Shown here: positions 12,840 through 24,049 of the stretch, one piece after another
Position numbering within the stretch: the stretch's first letter is position 1
How the letters are laid out: each line of letters starts with the position of its first letter
NCBI GenBank assembly: GCA_964016885.1
Contig: OZ024762.1
Coordinates: 19,654,001 to 19,718,000 of the forward strand
Length of the DNA: 64,000 bases
Reading direction: 5' to 3'
Source of the DNA: Eledone cirrhosa
Lineage: Eukaryota
The notes under the pieces: generated by a model
Databases searched by the model: none
Told to the model about the DNA's origin: nothing
Seen by the model: only the letters and a program-made list of their open reading frames with translations
Translations under genes and position numbers: made by a program

Positions 12840-15800
12840 TTTCCAAAACAAATTCTTGTATTTCTGTCATGCTTGTAAAAATACGGAAGTTTTTGACGTA
12901 TTTTACTAAACAAATCTTGTATTTTTGTTCGTTAATACGGGGTTCTCACTTAAACCTATCCTTCTCGCTAACAACTCAACACCCCTCCCTCCCGCCCCCA
13001 CACACCACCATTATTATTACGTGGACCAATCATAAGCCAGAGGCCTATACTATCGCTTACCTGGTCGCCTTCGATATGTAGGATGGAAGGACTACGGAGT
13101 TCCGGAGAGTTGAAGAGAGAAAAATCTGGACGCTCAGCGACAATGCCAAAGTTAAAGACAATCACACCTCGTGGACGAGAATGCGAGCATGCCTCTTTGT
13201 TTCGGCCGCGGATGGCTAACATAACCCCATCTCCCCCCGCTCCCCACCTTTCCAACCCCCCCAAACGCAATCCAAAACTTCAGATTTGGTACCTTGAATG
13301 TAGGCACCTTAAAGGGTCGCTCTAACGAGGTTGTAGAAATGCTTGAACGTAAGGAGGTCGATGTTTGTTGTATTCAAGAGACCAGGTGGAGGGGTGGATC
13401 TGCTAGATACATTGTGGGTAGAAAACGATACTATAAGCTTTTCTGGGTGGGAAACGACAATGGGCTGGGTGGAGTAGGAATCATGGTAGCAGAAAAGTGG
13501 GCAGATAAGATAATAGACGTAAATAGAGTGAACGACAGAATAATTAAAATAAGACTTGTCCTCAATAGAACTACGGTGACAGTAATATCCGCGTACGCAC
13601 CCCAATCCGGACTGCCCAGCACTATAAAAGACAGATTCTATGAGACACTGATGCTCACTACCTCCCAAATAACCGACAGTGACTATATAATTATTGCAGG
13701 CGACCTAAACGGTCACGTTGGACAACATTGTGACGGCTACGACGAAATCCATGGAGGCTATGGGTTTGGTACTAGAAATGAGGAAGGCTCCAGAATCCTG
13801 GAATTCTGCGACGCAAATAACCTAACTATCTGCAACACTAACTTCAAAAAACGAGACAATCACTTGATCACCTACAGATCAGGGGAACATACTAGCCAGG
13901 TAGATTATATCCTTACCAGAAGACGTGACAAAGTGACTGTCGTAAACACTAAATCCCTCCCCCATGAAGAATGCACTTCCCAACATAGACTGATAATTAG
14001 CGACCTAATAGTCAGGACGAGACGTACTAGACAACAGAAGAGGACTATCCTCAGGAGAAAAATATGGAAGCTAAAGGACCCCACAGCCAAAAATAAATTC
14101 CAAAGCATATTACTTGATGCTTTCGACAGTGAGGAAGAGCAATTAGAGACGTACAAGGTAGAGGAACAGTGGGAATTCCTGAAAGCAAACCTGCTGACGG
14201 CGGCAGACGAAGTCTGTGGCTGGAGCAGGCCTGTAGGCAGGAGGAGAGTAACATGGTGGTGGAACAGTAAGGTGGAGGGGTCAATTAAGGCCAAAAAGCA
14301 GGCTTGGAAAGTATGGCGGGATGGGGGAAGCAGAGAAGACTATCAAGTGGCCAGGAGGGAAGCTAGGAGACAAGTGTACTTCGCAAGAAGGGAAGCAGAG
14401 GAAAGAAAGTTCAAGCATGTTCTACAACGTGAGGACCAAAAACGTGAGGTGTTCAGGATTGCTAGGCAATGTGTCAAGGAAAACAGTGATATTGTCGGGG
14501 AGAAGTGTGTACTTAACGATGACGGCGTACTTGCCATCACCGACGCCGATAAGAAGGTAGCTTGGAAGTGTCACTATGAAAGGCTACTAAATGAGGAGAA
14601 TAAATGGGAGAAAGACAGTCTCCCCCACATCGACCCAATAGAGGGACCAGCAGTGTTAGTCGAGGGTAGTATAATAAGTAAGGCAATCAAAGATATGAAG
14701 ACAGGCAAGGCGGCTGGGCCTTTGGAAATAGTTGCCGAGATGCTGAAGGCATCTGGTACGGTGGGACACACCATGGTCACCCGGATAGTCAACCAAGTCA
14801 TACAGAATGGGGTTGTTCCGAAGGACTGGCGTAGCAGCATTATCGTTAACTGTTATAAGGGTAAAGGAGATGCCCTAGATAGGAGTAACTATAGAGGCAT
14901 TAAATTAATCGACCAGGTCATGAAGGTCACGGAAAAAGTAATAGCGCAACTAATCAGAGAGCGAATTGATCTAGATGAAATGCAGTTCTGGTTTGTGTCA
15001 GGAAAAAGTACCACAGACGCTCTTTTCATTGTACGACAACTACAGGAGAAGTACCTAGCTAAAAGTAAACCCCTATACTTAGCTTTCGTCGACTTGGAGA
15101 AGGCCTTCGACAGAGTCCCCCGTTCCATTATCTGGTGGGCTCTTAGAAAACTAGGTGTTGATGAATGGCTTGTGAGAGCTATACAAGCCATGTATAAAGA
15201 AACAGTCAGCAAGGTTAGAATTAACAACGAACATAGTGAAGAGTTTAGTGTAAAAGTTGGTGTTCATCAGGGCTCTGTTCTTAGCCCCCTACTATTTATT
15301 ATTGCCCTCCAGGCTATAACAGTGGAGTTCAAGACCGGCTGCCCATGGGAACTCCTATACGCAGATGATCTAACGCTCATAGCTGAATCAATGGCCGAGC
15401 TAGAGAAGAAATTCCAAACATGGAAGCACGGCCTAGAATCAAAAGGCCTTAAAATTAACCTGGCTAAGACTAAAGTTCTAGTTTGTAAGAAAGAAAATAA
15501 GGCAGCGGTCCCCTCCGGGAAGCGGCCATGCGCAGAGTGTAGGAAAGGCGTAGGTAGAAATTCCATTTTGTGTCCCAAATACAAAGTTTGGGTGCATAAA
15601 AGATGTAGTGGGATCACAGGTAAGCTAACTAAGAACATAGATTTTACATGTGGCCGGTGTTCTGGGGCAATAAGTAGCAGCAAGTGCCCACAAAATACTA
15701 GCTCTTTCAACTGCGCAGAGGGTTCTATAGAAATAGTGGACAGCTTCCGTTACCTGGGTGACAAAATCAGCAGTGGGGGAGGGTGCTCTGAAAGTACAGT

Positions 15801-16706
15801 AGCTAGAGTCAGAACTGAGTGGAAAAAGTTCAGAGAGCTTATACCACTATTAGCCGCTAAAGGGTTCTCCCTAAAAATGAAAGGCAGGCTGTACGATGCC
15901 TGCATACGAACAGCAATGTTGCATGGCAGTGAGACCTGGGCATTGTGTGCAGAGGATATACGCAGACTAGAGAGAAACGAAGCTTGCATGCTCCGCTGGA
16001 TGTGTAATAGTAATATACGTGAACGACAAAGCATAAACGAACTAAGGAAAAAATTAGAAATAAGAGGGATCAGATGTTGTTTACTAGAGAGAAGGCTACG
16101 TTGGTATGGTCACGTGATGCGCATGAAGGACGATAGCTGTATAACAAAGTGCAGGGCAATAAAGATAGACGGTAGCCACGGAATAGGCAGACCCAGAAAA
16201 ACCTGGGACGAGCTGATAAACTCCGACCTCACACACTTACACCTCACCAAGACAATGTCACTGGACCGAGACCTTTGGCGGTACTCAGTAATAGAGAAGA
16301 CCCGTCTTACCTAAATACAAAGTAAAACCTACTACAGTCAGTAGGCATCTCTAACAAAATACACCCCCATCCCACCACCCCCACCCCATCCACCGCCCCC
16401 TTCTATGTAAAGTTATGTTGGTGCCACACCATCCAGGCCGAAACAAATGAGATCGTGTAGGTGTCACGACAAAAAAACACACAGTCCACACTATAATGTG
16501 GCCGTGTAGGCAACACGGTAAAAACCTCCCAGACCCACACTGTAAATGTGGTTGGTGTTAGGAAGGGCATCCAACTGTAGAAAACCTGCCAGACAGTCCT
16601 ATGCGAGCAAGACAATCACTCTTGCCTCAAGTGGGAAAACCCCCGTCCAAACCCATGCAAGCGTGGAACACGGACGTTAAACGTTGATGATGATGATGAT
16701 GATGAT
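12840..16706 (+). mobile_element. Near full-length RTE-clade non-LTR retrotransposon
   Basis: Single APE-RT ORF, ~390 bp 3' UTR ending GGACGTTAAACGTT(GAT)n; the 5' boundary is approximate. Confidence 0.9.
13294..16314 (+). CDS. RTE LINE ORF: AP endonuclease + reverse transcriptase with PHD-like zinc finger; true start probably upstream via a frameshift
   Basis: APE motifs GTLNVGTL, CCIQETRW, AYAPQ, AGDLNGHVG, VDYIL, SQHRL; RT motifs FVDLEKAFDRV, GVHQGSVLSPLLF, LYADD, FRYLG; RTE C-terminus HGSETW, RRLRWYGHV, GRPRKTW. Confidence 0.93.
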   Translation: MNVGTLKGRSNEVVEMLERKEVDVCCIQETRWRGGSARYIVGRKRYYKLFWVGNDNGLGGVGIMVAEKWADKIIDVNRVNDRIIKIRLVLNRTTVTVISAYAPQSGLPSTIKDRFYETLMLTTSQITDSDYIIIAGDLNGHVGQHCDGYDEIHGGYGFGTRNEEGSRILEFCDANNLTICNTNFKKRDNHLITYRSGEHTSQVDYILTRRRDKVTVVNTKSLPHEECTSQHRLIISDLIVRTRRTRQQKRTILRRKIWKLKDPTAKNKFQSILLDAFDSEEEQLETYKVEEQWEFLKANLLTAADEVCGWSRPVGRRRVTWWWNSKVEGSIKAKKQAWKVWRDGGSREDYQVARREARRQVYFARREAEERKFKHVLQREDQKREVFRIARQCVKENSDIVGEKCVLNDDGVLAITDADKKVAWKCHYERLLNEENKWEKDSLPHIDPIEGPAVLVEGSIISKAIKDMKTGKAAGPLEIVAEMLKASGTVGHTMVTRIVNQVIQNGVVPKDWRSSIIVNCYKGKGDALDRSNYRGIKLIDQVMKVTEKVIAQLIRERIDLDEMQFWFVSGKSTTDALFIVRQLQEKYLAKSKPLYLAFVDLEKAFDRVPRSIIWWALRKLGVDEWLVRAIQAMYKETVSKVRINNEHSEEFSVKVGVHQGSVLSPLLFIIALQAITVEFKTGCPWELLYADDLTLIAESMAELEKKFQTWKHGLESKGLKINLAKTKVLVCKKENKAAVPSGKRPCAECRKGVGRNSILCPKYKVWVHKRCSGITGKLTKNIDFTCGRCSGAISSSKCPQNTSSFNCAEGSIEIVDSFRYLGDKISSGGGCSESTVARVRTEWKKFRELIPLLAAKGFSLKMKGRLYDACIRTAMLHGSETWALCAEDIRRLERNEACMLRWMCNSNIRERQSINELRKKLEIRGIRCCLLERRLRWYGHVMRMKDDSCITKCRAIKIDGSHGIGRPRKTWDELINSDLTHLHLTKTMSLDRDLWRYSVIEKTRLT

Positions 16707-17227
16707 ATATATATATAAAAGGATCTATATATATATAGATGTATATATATATATAAAGAGATGTATATATATATATATAGATGTATATATATATATAAAG
16801 AGATGTATATATTTAAATGTCTGAGTATATGTATCGATATGTATGCGTCTGTATGTATCTCTCACAATATTTATATCTGCCAGGTACAAAGTGTTAATCA
16901 ATAGTTAATTCTGGTTTGTTTTGTACAGCATATTAATGCATTAATGCATACTAAACAGCCAAGCTTGTAATGGATGTATATTTTCAATAATTAAATCATC
17001 ATCGTCCACTTTAAAGTGCAAAGGGCCTTTGTAATGATAGCGGAAATGTGCATAACTTGTGAATTCACCTTCATTGCATTTCAGTTGTAGTTCTTTGTCG
17101 TCTAGTTCAGTATATTTCGTTAATCAGTAGTATATGAACAGGTTGAAATTTTGATAGTGTTGTATACCTGACTGTCTCTGTAGTGTTGGTACCATGATAC
17201 ATTACACCCAGTACACACTGTAAAGTG

Positions 17228-17680
17228 TCTCACATTCATTCACATACACACACACACACACATTCACTCACACACTCACATTCATTCACACACACTCACA
17301 CATTCACATTCACATACTCGCACACACTCATACGCACTCTCACACACTCATACACACTCTCTCAGACACACACACACACACACTCTCTCACACACTCACA
17401 CACACACACACACACACACACACTCTCACACACACACTCTCACACACACTCTCACACACACACTCTCACACACACTCTCACACACACACTCACACACACA
17501 CACTCACACACACACACACTCTCACACACTCACACACACTCTCTCACACACACACTCTCACGCACACACACACTCTCATACACACACTCTCACACACACA
17601 CTCTCACACACACCCTCACACACACACTCTCACACACACACTCACACACACACTCTCAGTCACATACACACTCACACACA
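17228..17680. repeat. (CA)n/(CACT)n microsatellite
   Basis: Seen directly. Confidence 0.9.
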
Positions 17681-18034
17681 GTAAACACAAGCAATTTGTG
17701 CAGATTCCAACATAAGCTTTTCCAATTGGAATCTAAAACTTCTGATCTGAAGGAGAAGATATTGATATGTAAAACTGATGGATCAATCAGCTGGTCGTTA
17801 TGTGTTGCTGCTGTTGTTGCTGCTGCTGTTGTTGCTGTTGCTGCTGCTGTTGTTGCTGTTGCTGCTGCTGTTGCTTCTTCAAACAACAATCAATAATACT
17901 CTATCAATACTGTATCAATGAGACCAATCTATTGAACTAATATCAGGTCAAGATGATAGCAAAATTGTTGATGATTATCTTGAGCCTGTCAGATCAGGCA
18001 TTTGACACGTCGCATTGCAATGATGGTGCCTAGT

Positions 18035-18253
18035 CATCATCATCACCATCATCATCATCGTCATCATCATCGTCATCATCTTCTTCGTCATCATCGTCAT
18101 AATCGTCATAATTATCATCTTCATCTACATCATCATCATCATCATAATCATCACTGCCACCGCCACCATCATCATAATCATCACCGCCACCATCGTCATA
18201 ATCATCATCATCATCATCACTATCATCATCATCATCATCATCATCGTCGCCAC

Positions 18254-18287
<34 letters not shown>

Positions 18288-19380
18288 GTCGCCACCTCCA
18301 TCATCATTGTCATAATCATCATCATCACTATCACCATCATCATTGTAATCATCTTCATCATCATCATAACCATCATCATCATCATAATCATCACCACCAC
18401 CACCACCATCATCATCATCATATAGTTTAATGTCTAATATTCATGCTTGTGTGGGATAGACAGTTTCTCATGTTCTGACATGCTTTCAGTGGCTGGGTGC
18501 CCTTTCTAATGCCAGCCACTTGACAGCGTGTACTGGGAGCTTTTTGTTGTGACACAAGCACTGCCCCCTTGCAAGGTGGACTGATAGCTTTTTGTTGTGA
18601 CACTAGCACTACCACTTTGCAAGATGGACTGGGAGTTTTTCATTGTGATACCGGCACTACCACGTTGCAAAGTAAATTTGGGTGCATTTTGTCATGACAC
18701 CAACACTAGCAGGTTACAGTCTGGACTGGGTGCTTTTTCTTGTGACGCCAGCACAAGCAGTTTACAGTCTGGACTGGGTGCTTTTTCTCGTGACACCAGC
18801 ACAAGCAATTTACAGTCTGAACTGGGTGCTTTTTGTTATGACACCAGCACAAGCAATTTACAGTCTGAACTGGGTGCTTTTTGTTATGACACCAACACAA
18901 GCAATTTACAGTCTGAACTGGGTGCTTTTTGTTATGACACCAGCACAAGCAATTTACAGTCTGAACTGGGTGCTTTTTGTTATGACACCAGCACAAGCAA
19001 TTTACAGTCTGAACTGGGTGCTTTTTGTTATGACACCAGCACAAGCAATTTACAGTCTGAACTGGGTGATTTTTCTCGTGACACCAGCACAAGCAATTTA
19101 CAGTCTGAACTGGGTGATTTTTCTCGTGACACCGGCAAAAGCAGTTTGCAGTCTGAACTGGGTGCTTTTTCTCATGACACCGGCAAAAGCAGTTTGCAGT
19201 CTGGACTGGGTGCTAGTTCTCAGGACACCAGCGCAACCACCTTGTAAGGAGGGCTGGGTGCTTTTTGTCTTGAAAACAACACTACCATCTTGCAAGGTAG
19301 ATTGGGTGTACGTGACACCAGCACTAACACGTTGCTAGTTGAGCCATGTGCTTTTTTTGTCATGGCACCAACACTACAAC
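18035..19380 (-). mobile_element. Old RTE-tail SINE-like copy with an expanded (CAT)n tail and an internal 48 bp minisatellite (~18690-19230)
   Basis: (CAT)n, then a degenerate GTTTAATGTC...CAGTGGCTGGGTGCCCTTTCTAATGCC tail motif, then ~11 copies of gacaccagcacaagcaatttacagtctgaactgggtgctttttgttat. Confidence 0.75.
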
Positions 19381-19518
19381 CATGTGTGTGTGTGTGTGTG
19401 AGTATTTCTTTGTGTATGTCTGTGTTTATGTGTGTATTTCTCTGTGTTTGTGTGTGTGTGAGAGAGTGTATTTCTTTGTGTTTGTGTGCGTCTGTGTGAG
19501 TGTATTTCTTTGTGTGTT

Positions 19519-19549
<31 letters not shown>

Positions 19550-20238
19550 ATTTCTTTGTCTATGTGTGTGTTTGTGTGTGTATTTCTTTGTCTATATGTG
19601 TGTTTGTGTGTGTATTTCTTTGTGTATGGGTGTGAGTGCACACGTGTACCACTCTATACGCATGTGCACACACATGTACCCCAGTGTGCACCTGTATGTA
19701 TGTGATAACATTAAACAATCTATAGCCCTGGTTCTCACAGAATAGAATGCTGTGAGAAAGAAAAAGAAACAGCAGTGGGCATGAAAAGAACACTTAAAAC
19801 CCTTCAAGAATGTCCATGTACCATCTGGGAAAGTGGCCTCAGTCGATACATAATAAAAGGGATTAAGTAAATAGGTAGGAAGTAACTCTGTATTATTGCA
19901 TGTTATATATGTAAAGAAAAAACAACGAAATAGCTAGTGCATGAGTTTATCAATATTCCCACTGCAAGCAAGATGTTGTCACTCATACTATTCAGTTTTG
20001 ATAACAGAGGAAATATGCTGCACAAAGCCGGTTATTCAACTTCACAACACAAAAGGGAGAAACATGTGTGTGTGTGGCGCACACTAAGCAAATGAAACAA
20101 CGCAGTGTGTTATTCCGTATATATATTCCGTATATATATATATACACACACACTCACACGCGTGTGTATATAAATGTATGTATGTATATATGTATATATA
20201 TCTATATGTGTATATATATATATATGTATATATGTATG

Positions 20239-20309
<71 letters not shown>

Positions 20310-20369
20310 GTATATACTTTCCATATACTGTACGGATTGTGTTGTTATTTCTGTTTACCTTTTACATAC

Positions 20370-20401
<32 letters not shown>

Positions 20402-20478
20402 GTATATGTATATATATGTATATGTGTATATATATGTATATATATGTATATATATATGTATATATATGTATATGTATG

Positions 20479-20521
<43 letters not shown>

Positions 20522-20678
20522 ATATGTATATATATATATGTGTATATATGTATATATATGTATATAATTTTGGCTTGCTTTCCACAGCTGGATGCCCTTC
20601 CTAACACCAACCTCATTTACAGTGTGGGCTGGGTGCTTTTTTGCCGTGGCACCTCCACGACCACCTTGCAGTGGGAGG

Positions 20679-20735
<57 letters not shown>

Positions 20736-20769
20736 TATAAATACATATATTATATATATATATATAAAG

Positions 20770-21890
20770 AGAGAATAACCAAGTTATACTAAAACATTTT
20801 AATCCTACATACATCTCAATATATAGTGGCAGCTCATAACTTTTACTTTAATAATATTTTACTTGTCTTAGCAGATAAAACTAAAAATGAATATAGCATT
20901 GACTATCCCACACATAAATCTTACTTATATATAAGGAATTGAATAGGAATTATTGTAAAACTAATAATGAAAATCCTCCATAGAATTAATAAAGAAATAC
21001 TATAGTAAGTAGACTCAATTTAGAAAGGTATGCTGAACCATATACAACCAAAACACCTAGATTCACTTTTAAGGACCATAAGGTATATTTTGCTGACAAC
21101 CCTTCCATCCGACTAACCTGCCCATCCTCATCAGATATTGGCAAAATGAGTAAACAGATCTTAGGATAATACCAGGACTAAAACTAAAAATTAGGTTTAG
21201 CTTCTGGTAAAACACTGATGAAGTAATAGATTGGTTCTCTCAACTAGATGATAAAAATAGATTAAGTTTTATACAATTTGACATAGATGCATATTACTCA
21301 TCAATCTCACCTAATCTCCTAAATAGGGCCTTAATTATGGCTAAATCTGCTAGTAGCCTTACTAGAGAAGAAATTGATGGTAGCCTCTGGACTCGTAAGT
21401 ACTGCCCTGAGCCCTGACAACATTGACATATCTATGGGTCCTGGTGACTCTGCCCAAGTCACTGATTTTGTAGGTATTTTCCTACTGAACAAACTGAAAG
21501 CCTTCTGCCTGCATCTTTAGTGGGGTTTATATCAAGATGATGTCCTCTTTGTTATGGAAACTAACAACAGGAACATAGAAAACACAATAAAACTTCTACA
21601 TAGGTTCCTTAAAGAATATAACTTAAATATAATTATAGATAGAAAAATCAAGGCTGTCAACTTTCTAGGCGTTAACCTAAACTTATTGTTAGGCCTCTAT
21701 ATGCCCTACCATAAACCAGGCAAACAGCTATTTTATGTGAATTCAAAGTCTAATGATCCCAAGTCTGTAATTAGATCTATTACAAGCGGTATTTCCAACT
21801 GTCTTCAGACTCTCCTCTTACATAGAAATATTTAATAAAAGCACTCTATACTACAATGAAGCAATAACGAAGTTGGGTTATTAAGAGAAT
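20770..21890 (+). pseudogene. Decayed Penelope-like (Naiad-like) reverse transcriptase
   Basis: Manual translation across frameshifts: NPSIRLTCPSSSDIGKMSKQIL, NTDEVIDWF, SFIQFDIDAYYSSIS, DISMGPGDSAQVTDFVGIFLL, GLYQDD, VNFLGVNLNL...YMPYHKP...YVNSKSNDP; multiple stops. Confidence 0.85.
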
Positions 21891-22264
21891 CCTAATGACA
21901 ACCGGAATAAGAAAACAGTATCATTTCTTATCACATGCAAACAGGGAGGCCTATAATTATTGCTCGGAATAAAGGCATATGTAAAACTGCACCTGCTCCT
22001 GAAGACATCTCAATGTGTAGTAATGTACATATTGAGAACAGCTTTCATAGAGATAAGGATAACAGTTATAATAACATAAAACACCCTGACTTACTGATCA
22101 CGCCCAAAATGATATGTGACCACCTGGACCCTTATACGGTAAACTGTAGCACCCCGCCCCCCGCCTCTCCCCACAAGAACTAGCAATAGGTGTCCAAAAC
22201 GAGGTATGCACACTTTAATTATATTGTTGTTGATGTGTGTATACATTTTTTTGTAGACAGCCTG

Positions 22265-22299
<35 letters not shown>

Positions 22300-22529
22300 A
22301 TTTATTTATATATATTTCGTTTCTGAATTTGTTTAGCAAGATTCTTTATCTGAAATCGTATGTTGAAACCGATATTGTTATACTTTGGGAGGGTCATGTT
22401 GCCAATAAGAAACACACGCACCAGTTGCTTTCACTTCAATTTATTATATATTTATAAATTTACAAATCTACAAACTTATAAATTTCTGGTTGGTTGGTTG
22501 GTTCCACAACCAGATAGCTGTTTATATAT

Positions 22530-22574
22530 AGTCATAGTCCTTTCGTCACACACTCTGTGACCTCTTCAGTGACT
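22530..22574 (-). ncRNA. Type I hammerhead ribozyme (left arm copy)
   Basis: Reverse complement of the motif at 23463-23507. Confidence 0.8.
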
Positions 22575-23027
22575 GGGGATTCCTTTCTTTGTTTCTGTGC
22601 CTTTCCTTTCTTCTATCCTACGCCATTTTGTTTCTGTGTGTGTGTTGTGTGCTCAGTTTGCGCATGCGCCACATCCGGGTGTCTGTGTGTGTTTGTGTTC
22701 ATTTATCTATTTGTTTATTTATTTATTTATTTATTGTTGGTTGGTTGTTTGTTCTATGTGTGTGTGTGTTTTCATTTTGTCCTGTGTGTGTTTTCATTTT
22801 GTCCTTAATTGTAAGTTGTTTGTTCTATGTGTGTGTGTGTTTTCATTTTGTCCTTAATTGTAAGTTGTGATGTTGCTGTTCCACTCATATTTTCTATTTA
22901 ATTTTGGTTGTAGTTCTTTTATGCTTACTGCCTCTGTAATTTGCCTAAACATTGCATCTTTTCTGTGTGTGGATTCTATTTTTATTTTTATTTCTATGTT
23001 CTCTAATCTACCCCTGTGTTCTATCTC

Positions 23028-23193
23028 GATAGAACACAGGGGTAGATTAGAGAACATAGAAATAAAAATAGAATCCACACACAGAAAAGACGCAATGTTT
23101 AGGCACATTACAGAGGCAGTAAGCATAAAAGAATTAAAACCAAAATTAAATAGAAAATATGAGTGGAACAGCAACATCACAACTTACAATTAA
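23028..23193 (+). pseudogene. GIY-YIG endonuclease C-terminal fragment (mirror copy on the minus strand at 22854-23025)
   Basis: R..TEA..I....P.LN motif typical of the Penelope GIY-YIG end. Confidence 0.75.
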
Positions 23194-23462
23194 GGACAAA
23201 ATGAAAACACACACAGGACAAAATGAAAACACACACACACATAGAACAAACAACTTACAATTAAGGACAAAATGAAAACACACACACACATAGAACAAAT
23301 AACCAACCAACAATAAATAAATAAATAAATAAACAAATAGATAAATGAACACAAACACCCGGATGTGGCGCATGCACAAACTGAGCACACAACACACACA
23401 CAGAAACAAAATGGCGTAGGATAGAAGAAAGGAATGGCACAGAAACAAAGAAAGGAATCCCC

Positions 23463-23507
23463 AGTCACTGAAGAGGTCACAGAGTGTGTGACGAAAGGAC
23501 TATGACT
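23463..23507 (+). ncRNA. Type I hammerhead ribozyme (right arm copy)
   Basis: agtca CTGAAGA g-gtcac-agagtgt-gtgac GAAA ggac TA tgact; 5 bp stems I and II, CUA triplet. Confidence 0.8.
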
Positions 23508-23673
23508 ATATATAAACAGCTATCTGGTTGTGGAACCAACCAACCAACCAGAAATTTATAAGTTTGTAGATTTGTAAATTTATAAATTTATAAATATATA
23601 ATAAATTGAAATGAAACAACTGGTGCGTGTGTTTCTTATTGGCAACATGACCCTCCCAAAGTATAACAATATT

Positions 23674-23756
<83 letters not shown>

Positions 23757-24049
23757 CTACGCTATAAATGTGAGCCAGATGTAATGTTTTGTGAGAAACA
23801 ATAAAAACTAAAATATTCTTTTGACCAGCGTCGACTGCTGATGGTGGTGGTGGTGGTGGTGATGGGGGTGGGGGTGGTGCTGCTATTACTACTGCTGGTG
23901 GTGGTGCTGCTGCTGCTGCTACTACTGCTGCTGCTGCTGCTACTACTACTACTGCTGCTGTTGCTGCTGGCACTAGATTAATGTTAAACAACATTGAAAG
24001 AAAATTAATTTTCAAACTATGTTTCTAGTTGATGTCATTGTAGTTTTGT

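Larger units (their letters stand above)
22372..23672. mobile_element. 1.3 kb fold-back palindrome of a Penelope-like 3' end (GIY-YIG C-terminus + pLTR + hammerhead)
   Basis: ~650 bp arms around a 2 nt loop at 23026-23027; each arm read outward encodes ...RKDAMFR(H/Q)ITEAVSIKEL(K/Q)PKLNRKYEW. Confidence 0.9.

Noticed and set aside
13000-13100. Possible HDV-like ribozyme in the RTE 5' UTR
   Set aside because: Some pairing (GACCA/TGGTC) but I could not fit the nested double pseudoknot by eye; it needs a descriptor search.
17656-17800. Possible minus-strand exon after TTCTCCTTCAG
   Set aside because: No clear donor site and no recognisable protein similarity.
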